Positions 54,091-64,000 of a stretch of 64,000 nt of DNA are shown here, piece after piece; position 1 is the stretch's first letter; each line of letters starts with the position of its first letter. This DNA comes from Eledone cirrhosa (Eukaryota): NCBI GenBank assembly GCA_964016885.1, contig OZ024743.1, forward strand, positions 150,722,001-150,786,000, written 5' to 3'. A program made the position numbers and the translations under genes. The notes beneath the pieces are model-generated. The model was given only the letters and a program-made list of their open reading frames with translations. It did no database searches and was not told the origin of the DNA.

Positions 54091-54689
54091 GTATGTATAT
54101 ATATATATATTTATTAAAATAAATATTTGCTCTGATATATTTTTATCGAGCCCTCTTTGGATTTTAGTTTTCAAATTTAAATTTATTATTATTACTATAT
54201 ATATATATCATCATCATCATCATCATCATCGTTTAACGTCCATATTCCAGGCTCGCATGGGTTTATATATATATATATAAATTATTACACCAAAATACAC
54301 ACAAACGGCCACACACAAGATAATAGGGCCAATGCCTATATATATATACCTTCTCAGCCCACATACCACAACAAAAGTATATCTTTTGTCACATCATCAG
54401 TCTGAGGAGCAGATCGATACTGGAGTCAGGTCCATAACTCCTATGGGTCACATTGAGTCAATCCTCTGTAAAATGCGCATAACAGGTCAATACACAATAA
54501 AAAGTTTTCAAAGAAAAGTTTATATATACACCTTTATTATATACACTCTGCCTGTGCATAGAGTGCTTGATTTAGTACCAACATCAGTATTATTTCATCA
54601 TACTACATACACTATCTATCTATCTATCTCTCTCTATATATATATATATGTATATAGGTATATGTACATATGTATATATATATATATAT

Positions 54690-54818
54690 GTAGTGGGATA
54701 GCAGGTAGGGAGAAATAATAGGAAAAAGTATAACCCCGACGGCAGAGCTCAAGCTCAAGCTCTGAAATAGCCGTCGAAACGGCTTGAGCTCTGCCGTTGG
54801 GATCATACTTTTTCCTAT
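54690..54818. mobile_element. Minimal palindromic family A insertion
   Basis: aggaaaaagtataaccccgacggcagagctcaagc / gcttgagctctgccgttgggatcatactttttcct; (TA)n flanks. Confidence 0.75.
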
Positions 54819-54934
54819 ATATATATATATTTATATATTTATATTTATATATATATATATATAAATTATTACTTCCTTTCTTCCCCTTTTCCCTCTTTCC
54901 TTTCACTATCCAGACGGAACTTGAACTATTAAGG

Positions 54935-55165
54935 TCTGATTCCTGTGTATGTCAATATTTATAAAACAAACTTTGTATTTTATCTGATGAGAGCGAACCA
55001 AAGTTTTGGTACCCTTGAAATATATATAATAGAATAAATATGGTTTTATAAATATAGTTTCCATTTATTAATATCATTGATATTATACTCCAGAAAAGTT
55101 GTCGAGTGCTTCGAATCTGTTATAAATATATTTGTTGAATTACCAACAAATTAAATATCCCTTTA
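54935..55165 (+). mobile_element. PLE family 2-related pLTR + tail with hammerhead (54980-55030)
   Basis: CTGATGAG..acca-aagttt-tggt..GAAA-tata-TA-taat; homologous to 49150-49370 on the minus strand. Confidence 0.72.
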
Positions 55166-55173
55166 TATATATA

Positions 55174-55517
55174 TCATCATCATCATCATCATCATTTTAC
55201 GTCCACTTTTCCCTGCTTGCAAGGGTGGGACGGGAACTGATTCTGGCTTGATTTCTACAGCTGGATGCCCTTCCTAACACCAACCTCATTTACAGTGAGT
55301 GCTGGGTGCTTTTTTGCCATGGCACCTCCACGACCACTTTGCAGTGGAATGATAGGGACCCCAGTCCCTATCATCTCATTTCTACAGCTGAGTAAACTGG
55401 AGCAATGTGAAATAAAGTGTCTTCCTCAAGGAAACAACACATCACCCGGTCTGAGAATTGAACTCACAACCTTTCGATTGCAAGCCCAATGCTCTAACCA
55501 CTAAGCCATGTGCCTCC
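55174..55517 (-). mobile_element. SINE family B
   Basis: Matches family B sequence. Confidence 0.9.
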
Positions 55518-55570
55518 ACATAAATATATATATAAATATATATATATATATTTATTTATATATATGTATG

Positions 55571-55768
55571 CAAAGGTTGGCTGAAAAGTTCATAGGCTGA
55601 CTATGAAGGATTGATACTAAGGCTGTAAAATTTTGCATACATTAACTTCAACTCTTCTTATTAATAACTGCATTGTTTCCTTCCAGGGACTATATTGCAC
55701 TAGAAACCTCATTTCGTTATTCCATGAGAGTATCTTGGTCCGCTTATGAACTTTTCAGCTGACCCTTG
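55571..55768. mobile_element. Mariner-type MITE
   Basis: TIR caaaggttggctgaaaagttcata / tatgaacttttcagctgacccttg followed by TA. Confidence 0.75.
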
Positions 55769-55806
55769 TATTGCACACACACACACACACACAACACACA
55801 CACACA

Positions 55807-55867
<61 letters not shown>

Positions 55868-56074
55868 TGCGTGTGTGTGTGTGTATGTGTGCGCGCGTGT
55901 GTGTGTGCGTGTGTATGACTGTTAGAATATCCAAAATTATGAAGAGAACTCTGAGAAGAAATTTAATGTGTTTTAATATAAACCAGTATTTACCATTTCA
56001 TGCTACATGCATAGCATCAATTTTTAAACATTGGACTACATCAAGACACATTACATACATACATATATACATAT

Positions 56075-56261
56075 ATAACGGAAGAAATGTGGTAAGGAAC
56101 CAAGTGGACCATAACGCACCAAAGTACTTAGGGTAGTAGAGTGTGTAATAGGAACGAGTAGGACCCCGACGGCTGAGCTCAAGCCGTTTCGACGGCTAAT
56201 TCTGGACCAGAATTAGCCGTCGAAACGGCTTGAGCTCAACCGTCGGGGTCCTACTCGTTCC

Positions 56262-56264
<3 letters not shown>
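56075..56264. mobile_element. Palindromic family A insertion with tail
   Basis: Near-perfect palindrome 56148-56264 centred on ctggaccag; left tail as at 2155. Confidence 0.82.
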
Positions 56265-56304
<40 letters not shown>

Positions 56305-56309
<5 letters not shown>

Positions 56310-56674
56310 AAAGGTAAACAGAAATAACAACACAATCGGTACAGTATATGGAAGGGATATATTAGGTTAATGCTTGATATAGCAGGAAGAGGGTCTTAAC
56401 GTTTCGGATGCTAGTCCTTCATCAGAAGAAAGAATGAGAAATAAAATAGATTGAGGGGACGGGCAGGCTGGATTTGGAAAAAATGTCTATAGACAAAAAT
56501 AATAGTTCCATTCATGTTGACATCTCTTGCAAAACTGTTGGTGCTGGCGTTTTGTGTATGATTTGTTTTTTAGAAAAGTGGATGATGGTGCGCGTCTAAC
56601 TGAAATGGATAAAAAAACGTTTTGTAAAAAGAGCTATACTTGAGCACGTGTGTAAGCACGAGTGTGTGTGTGTA

Positions 56675-56705
<31 letters not shown>

Positions 56706-57759
56706 ATGTGTGTGTTATTATAGGTTCATACGAAGCTAAGAAGAAATGTGTGTGTATATATGAGTAAAAGAGTCAGTGTGCATGTAAGTACGAAGCTATG
56801 AACAAAAGAGAAAGCGATAGGAATCTAGGGGTGTGATAATGGACGGGATATTAGAAAAATTGGGGCAGTGAGTTGAGTCCAAGAGGTGAATAGGACCCAA
56901 GACGGTGAATCAGACTTCATTCAGTCCTGGTGCGCGAGGCCTGTGATCCATGATGTAAAAGGACACCTAGTATAGAAACATGTAGGGAAGAATGACCAGG
57001 AGAACAGAAATGACGGGCGACAGGAGTATCCAAACCGAGTCGTATGACCCTCAATTGTTCGGCAAAATGATTCACCATACGGTGTCCCGTTTGTCTGATA
57101 TATAAAGACCCGCAAAGGAAACACCGGAGGGCATAGACAACGTGGGTGGGTGTGCAGGTAAAGGAATGGCGGATACGGAAAGACCTGTTAAGGCCTGTAA
57201 GAATGGTGAGGGTGGAAATAAAGGGACAAGTGTTGCAGCGGGAATGGGAACAAGGATGAGAGCCAGGTGGGGTTGTGGGAGAGGACGAAAAAGAACTGCG
57301 AACCAGGAGGTCGCGGAGGTTTTGGGCGCGCTTAAAAGCAGTAATGGGTGGGTTTGGAAAAAAGCAAGAAGTGACGGAGTCAGAAGAGAGGATACGGAAA
57401 GAACGGAGTATATGTCGCCGGAGTGGTAGGGTGCTGGGATGATAGGTGAGAGGGAAAGGAACACGGGTGTTGAGAGGGCGGGGGTGAGGTGAGAGGGCTG
57501 TGGTGCGGTCTGTTTCACGGGCACGGGTGAGAGCAGCTTGGATCAAGGTGGGGGGATATCCATGCTGGATGAAGCAGGGAGCCATGTGAATGGAATGGGT
57601 TTCGAAATCGTTGTCCTGGTTACAGAGTCGATGAAGACGGAGGAATTGGGAATAGGCTATGGAGTGTTTGATATAGGTTGGATGGGAGGAGGTGAAGTCG
57701 AGATAAGATTGGGAGTCTGTTGGTTTAATGTAGATAGAAGTAGAGAGGGTGTGGTGAGA

Positions 57760-57760
<1 letters not shown>
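56305..57760 (-). mobile_element. 5'-truncated PLE family 3 (Neptune-like): RT thumb + GIY-YIG (ORF 56917-57585) + pLTR
   Basis: TSIYIKPTDSQSYLDFTSSHP..SIAYSQFLRL, NLRDLLV, CSHSRCNTC, VVYALRC..LYIRQTG; (TA)n on both sides. Confidence 0.9.
56394..56429 (-). ncRNA. Minimal hammerhead ribozyme (PLE family 3)
   Basis: tctt-CTGATGAA-ggac-tagc-atcc-GAAA-cgt-TA-aga. Confidence 0.78.
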
Positions 57761-57795
<35 letters not shown>

Positions 57796-58699
57796 TCCTC
57801 ATTATCAGCACCAGCATTTAATCTCCATTTTCTCTGCTAGTAAGAGTTAAACAGGGCATTTCAGAATAAGTCAGTACTTAATCAGAACTACAAACCTCTC
57901 AGATGCACAAGAAGCAGCACCAGCTACATCATTTTTTGGCACTAGCACTAGAGAGATTCACATGCTTTTCGCACACTGAAGAGTCCTCTAAATCTTATGT
58001 GTGCCAAGTTTTCTGTAGCTGGATACCCTTCCTAATACTAAACACTTTACAGGGTGTACAGGAAGCATTTTATCATATCACAAACACAAGAGATGTTGTT
58101 GTGCCCTTGACACAACTGAAAAGTCCTCTCAACCTATTGTTTGACAGAGTTTCTACAAGTGTATGTCCTTCCTATCACCAAACACCTTCCAGGGTGTAGT
58201 GGGGGCATTCTTTATAGCATCAGCACTAGAGAGGTTGCTGTGTCATAACTGAAGTGTCCTTTCAACCCATTTGTCAGGATTTCTATGGCTGAAAACCCTC
58301 CTTAACACCAACCATTTTACACAGAGTGCACATGGATGCATTTTAAAATAGCTGTCCTTCATTGACATGACTAGAAAATACTATCTGCCTTATGGAAAGA
58401 GGGAATAGTATGAGAAAGGAGGTATAGAAAGGGAGACATAAGAGAGATGATAAATGTGATGTCATTGGTAAATGTCTGCTGGTGGGAAGGTGGAGGATGA
58501 GAACATACTCTTATGGATGATCTTCAGATGTGGTGAGGATGGGTATTGTGATGATAAGATCAGCTACGAAGGTATTATGATTGGTATGACTGGAAAAGGG
58601 GGTCTTAAGTGAGATGGGTTCAGGGGAGGAAGGTGGAAAGGAAAATGATAAGTGTGATGTCAATGATGAGTGATAATTAGGTGGGCAAGAAAGAAGGAT

Positions 58700-59900
58700 G
58701 ACAATTATGATGTCATAAGAGTATGATAGTTAAAGATGGAAGCAGTCCTTTATCATCTTTGTTGCGAAGTTCAGCTTCATTCCATGGCTTCCTAGATCTA
58801 CTCTGTCTACATATCTTATCCACTGAGATTTCTCTATACTTCTTTATGCAGTTGTCATCATCCATACATATGATATGTCCATACCAACACAGTCTACTCT
58901 CTTGCACACAACATCGGACTCCACTTTTCTGTTAACCTGCTTCTAATCTCACAACATCCCTATTGAGTCCATATATTGCATTGTGTGCAACTTATAGAAT
59001 TTCTGCCCATCACTTTTCAGCCTATTAAGCAAAGCCAGTTCCTCAAAAGTATTTTTCCTACTTGTTAAGCCTTTAGTCTTTGCTAAGATTTCTTTTAAGC
59101 CACTCAATTATAGGTTTTTCTTTCATGTCTGAAATTTCACCTCTCTAACTCTCTACAGTTTCAGCTACAATGATTAGGTCATCAACACACAGAAGTTCCC
59201 ATGGTCAGGCAGTCTTAAACTCTACTAAAGAACAATTATAAACAGAAAGGGGTTGAGACTAAACATTAGTAGGCATCCACTTACGCTCCAAATTCCCCCA
59301 CTGTACTTCTTGCCACCCACCCCCTTGCTGATGGTACCACTATGCATGGTTTGCATGGCCTTCATTAGCAATTTGTTCATACATAACTTCTTTACTGGAC
59401 ACCAGATTACAGCTTGGGATCCCTGTCAAAGATGCTTACTCATTGCTAAGTATTTCTCCTGCAGCTGTCTCACAAGTAAGAGGGCATTGGCAATACCTCT
59501 ATCTAGCATTAAGCAGAGTGGCATCTTCATTAACTTAATTCTGTTTCTAAATTGTCTTGGTATAACCTTTTAGTAACTTTCATGACTTAAAAGATCTGTA
59601 GTTACCTCTCTCTAGTACATCTCTACTGCCCTAGTTCCCAATGATACTGCTGTGTTAGTGAATGGGCATGATATCATCTTGCACTACTTGAATGATTATG
59701 CATATGTCTGGCTTGTAAAATACCATATGGTTTTAGTATCTCAGCCACTATACAAAATTTTCCAGCTGCTTTCTCAACATTCATATCCTTAATTGCTTTA
59801 ACTATCACACTGCTGTCAACTTTTATAACTACATGGGGCAGACCCTCACTCATCCATTTATTTTTGTTTTCAACAGTCTTTTATAATAGGACTTTCATAT
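58700..59900 (-). pseudogene. Decayed RTE (BovB-like) LINE
   Basis: QESRLCWYGHIICMD; PWELLCVDDLII on the minus strand near 59175-59205. Confidence 0.65.
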
Positions 59901-60059
59901 CTTCTATTAGATATATGCAAAGAGAAAATTCCAATGTAAAGAAATCAGAAAGCTAAAAGACAGTCAATTAAATATACAAGCAAGAAAGACTACATACAAA
60001 ATTACAATCTCTTTTATTTTCATTACATAAGGTCAACTAATATTACTACATAGGAAAAA

Positions 60060-61900
60060 TGGTGGACACAATAAGACAAACTCTAAAGCCTTCTTTAAAT
60101 TTGCAAAAGAGACTGCCTCGGCACACTACAGGTTAGGCCACTTTTAGGGCCACTTTTCCATAAAAGTGGCTCACTGACCGTAGACCTCCAAGTGATAAGT
60201 GAGGCGCTGAATGAACAATACAAAAGTGTTTTCATACCTCCAATGAGTCACATGCAAATAAATAAGCCAGATGAGTTTTTCAACACAACTGTATTACTCA
60301 CAGAAATGGCAACCATCAACCACATAGATATAAAAGTGAAACATGTAACATCAGCCATAGACAGAATGAGATAGCTGGCCCTGATGGTTTCTCAGCAATC
60401 CTCCTAAAAACATGCAAGTGAACATTAGAAAAACCACTGCAGATCCTTCTCCTAAGATCCTTTGTAAGTGGTAAACTACCTGGAAAACAAAATGAAGGTA
60501 TAATGTATCCTATCCATAAATGAGGAAGCAGAGCAGATACCAAAAACTACAGACCTCTCTCCCTGACCTCACATATCAGCAAAGTCATGGAGCAAGTCAT
60601 CAGAAGGAAATTGATCACTTTTCTAGAGGAAAATAATCTAACTGACACCCAGCATGGCTTTCACCTGGGTAGAAGTTGTCTTATGCAACTCTTACAACAT
60701 TATGACTGGATACTCAAACAGCTGCTAGACAGTTCAAACATAGTTGTGATATATCTTGACTTTGCGAAGGCATTCAATAAGGTTGATCATGGAATGATAT
60801 GTCACAAACTATGTAGCCTTGGTATAGCTGGAAAACTAGGTCAATGGTGTCATGACCTCTTAAAAGACAGAAGCCAGACTGTTGCAGCCAACAGGTCCCT
60901 CTCAAAGGAAACATCAATAACAAGCAGTGTGTCCCAGTGAAATGTCTTGGGGCCACTACTGATTGTGGTGGCTCCCTCAGACATGCCCTCTTTAATACAG
61001 ACAGCCTCTCTCACAAGCTACACAGATGATGTGAAAGTAGCACAGGTAATCAAGAAACCAGCTGATGCTACTCTCTTACAACATGATTTAGACGCCGTAT
61101 ATGAATGGGCTGAAGACAACAATATACAATTTAATGCAGGTAAGTTTCAAGCCCTCCGCTATCAACCCACAAACATAGGACCACCACAACAAAGGCACAC
61201 TGGATAGGAGGTATTGAAATCCCTGAGTCAAAATCAATATGGGACCTGGGTATTGACATAAGCAATGATGCATCATTTCATGCACACATCACCAAAATGA
61301 TGGCAATGTGCAGATGACTCTCAGGTTGGATTCTGAGGACATTCAGGACAAGAGACTCGGAAACTCTGTTGGTCCTCTGGAGGACTTTCATTCTCAACTG
61401 ACTGGACTATTGCTCTTAGCTGTGGTCACCCCACAGTGTCAAACTAACTGCAGAACTTGAAACAATTTAACGAAGCTGCACCAAGAAGATTGCCTCAGTG
61501 ACAGAGATGAGCTACTGGGAGTGGCTGAAGGAATCAAAGCTTTATTCCCTGGAGCAGAGAGGGAGAGATATGCAGTGATATATATATATACATGGAAGAT
61601 CATGGAAGGGTTAGCACCAAACTTCAGCATTGAATGCAGGACCAACCCATGAACAGGACATCAGTGTAGTGCCAAAGTCCCATCTGCCGCATCGAGAATA
61701 AGGACCACATACTGCAATAGCCTAGGGTTCAAAGACCCCCAGCATTTTAATAAGCTGCGAAAAAATCTGAGAGATCTACATGGTGTGCATGCAGATGTTT
61801 TCAAGAGACACCTCACATTCTACTGACCAAGATCCCTGATGAACCAACAGCATGAGATGAAGCACAAATAAGAGCAGCAGCAACAAACTTCCTTTTGGAT
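60060..61900 (+). pseudogene. CR1-like LINE ORF2 RT fragment
   Basis: AGPDG, NYRPLSLTSHISKVME, QHGF..GRSC, YLDFAKAF.KVDH, LGPLL, YTDD, RLDYC. Confidence 0.85.
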
Positions 61901-63099
61901 CAATGGCTAACCAGGGAAGGCTGGCTATAGAAAGTGTAGCATCGGTGACTGTGCCCAGTATGGCCTCAGCCCCGCGACTGGAATGCAAATAAATAGAGAA
62001 CATTAACTCAAGTATTATTAACAAAAAAAGGATGTTATGCAGTGGGTACATTTATTTTTTGTGTGTAATAATAAATGCTACGTTAAATGATAAACACTTC
62101 GTGAATGCATAATTGTCTTGTATCTAAGGAACACACAAAATGTCATCATGTCTCAGATAAAAAGGTATAGCAAGAAATGTTGCTAGCTTGAAATACCAAG
62201 TGGAGTACATGAATCTGAATCAATATGACAATAAAAGATAGTCATTTTGACAAACGTGGATTCAGAAAGAATTTGTAAATTCTTCACAGAGCTCAAATTT
62301 TCATCATGTTTTTATTACACACTGTTATGTGGCCGAAAAATTCTAGTATATTCTATTTGTGAATAAAGGAACTGGTTTTAAAATTTAGATATAAGAATTG
62401 ACATGTCATATATTAAATGAAAACCATAAATCATAGTTACAAATATAAAGAGAATCTGTTCAATGGACAGGTGTGTCTAAAAATCAAATGTACATGTGAC
62501 AATGCAAAACCATTTCCTACTGTGTCCAAAAGTAAGGTACTCTTGGGTCTCAAATAATTGCTCACCCCACCCCACTTATTAATTTTGCTAATCAATCTCC
62601 GGTGACATTTTATTTTAAGTGGTATCATTCCTGCAGCAATTAATTTTCTTTAGACATTAAAAAAACATTATACATGACAAAAACAGAACATTACAAGAAA
62701 TCCCATATGTTATAAAATAAATAGGATGAGTTGGATCTCAATATGTAAATTAAAAGACTAATTCTGGCTGTTAAAAAAATCAAGGGAGACAACCTAGAAC
62801 AACTATCGATTTTCGCCCCACCCCCACAACCATGCCTGCTTATTCTCCCCACTATTATTTGGGATCTGAGAGTACCCTATGACTAAATCAAAGATGAAAT
62901 ATACATGGTTGAAATGCCTCTGATCATAAGCTGGCTTGGTTAGAGATGACTTGAGACTAAACAAATATATATTTGTATATGTTTTATCACAGCTACGCTT
63001 CATTAAAATGTAAATGTTATAATGGATTTAAAGCATAATATAGTGTTATCCGCTATACTCAATTTAAAGTGAAGCTCATTTAAACACAATATCTGGGAA

Positions 63100-64000
63100 A
63101 AGTATTACAGATGCCCTCTTCTTTGTGAGACAACTACAAGAGAGGTTCTTAGAGAAGAATAAGCCGCTGTATTTAGCTTTTGTTGACCTAGAGAAGGCCT
63201 TTGATAGAGTACCCCGTTCTGTCATCTGGTGATCCCTAAGGAAACTAGTTGTAGAGGAATGGCTTGTGTACAGAAGAGCTGTCAGTAAAGTGAGAGTAGG
63301 AATGACAAGTAGTTGTTCATCAGGTTTCGGTCCTCAGTCCACTCTTGTTCATTATAGTTCTCCAAGCCATAATAGAGGAGTTTAAGACTGGCTACCCATG
63401 GGAACTTCTCTATGCTGATGATCTGGTACTTATAGGAGCCAGAGAATAAATTCTGGCTATGGAAACAGCAGTTGGAATCAAGAGGACTGAGAGTGAACCT
63501 AGCAAAGACTAAAGTGTTGATAAGTAGGAAGCGTCCCACCCTTGCAAGCAGGGAAAAGCGGACGTAAAATGATGATGATGATGATGATGATGAAAGAGGA
63601 AAAAACTCTGATTCCATCAAGGAAATGGCCATGTTTGATATGTAGAAAAGGTGTTGGCATAAACTCTATAGAATGCACACAATGAAGATCTTGTGTGCAC
63701 AAGAGATATAGTGGGATAGAAGACAAACTAACTGGAAGGGAAAACTTCATATGTGGTAGATGTTCAGGGAAATTTGATAGTAGAAATATCAGTGATAGGC
63801 ACTTTTTTCGAAAGCAGGTAGGATCTATAGAGGTGGTGGATAGCTTCCAATACCTAGGTGATCAGATTAGCAAGGGAGGAGGGTGCTCTGAGGCCATAGT
63901 ATCTAGAATAAGGACAGGATATAAGAAGTGTAGGGAGCTGCTTCCTCTGTTGACAACAAAGGGTTTCTTCCTATTAACAAAAGGTCAGTTATATGATGCC
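63100..64000 (+). pseudogene. RTE (BovB-like) LINE RT fragment containing a SINE-B 3'-end piece (63532-63593)
   Basis: RQLQERFLEKNKPLYLAFVDLEKAFDRVP, PWELLYADDL, FQYLGD. Confidence 0.85.

Overview
AT-rich, repeat-dominated eukaryotic (animal) genomic DNA. The repeat set is reminiscent of a cephalopod mollusc such as Octopus; this is an inference I cannot confirm here. I find no identifiable host protein-coding gene. Most ORFs in the track are translations of (TA)n/(CA)n/(CTA)n microsatellites or of decayed transposons. Coding remnants: three clearly different Penelope-like retroelement (PLE) families (RT + C-terminal GIY-YIG), a compact Gypsy LTR element with both LTRs, several RTE LINE fragments, a CR1-like LINE and an R4/Dong-like fragment. 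There are also two tRNA-derived SINE families and small hAT and Tc1/mariner MITEs. The main signal is about 20 hammerhead-ribozyme (HHR) motifs from about 9 sequence families. Nearly all sit in short elements inserted in (TA)n tracts that share one asymmetric inverted-repeat architecture. They include a ~430-bp tandem non-coding retrozyme-like unit present at two loci with a U.G to G.U switch in stem I. Coordinates were read by eye, so element boundaries may be off by a few bases.
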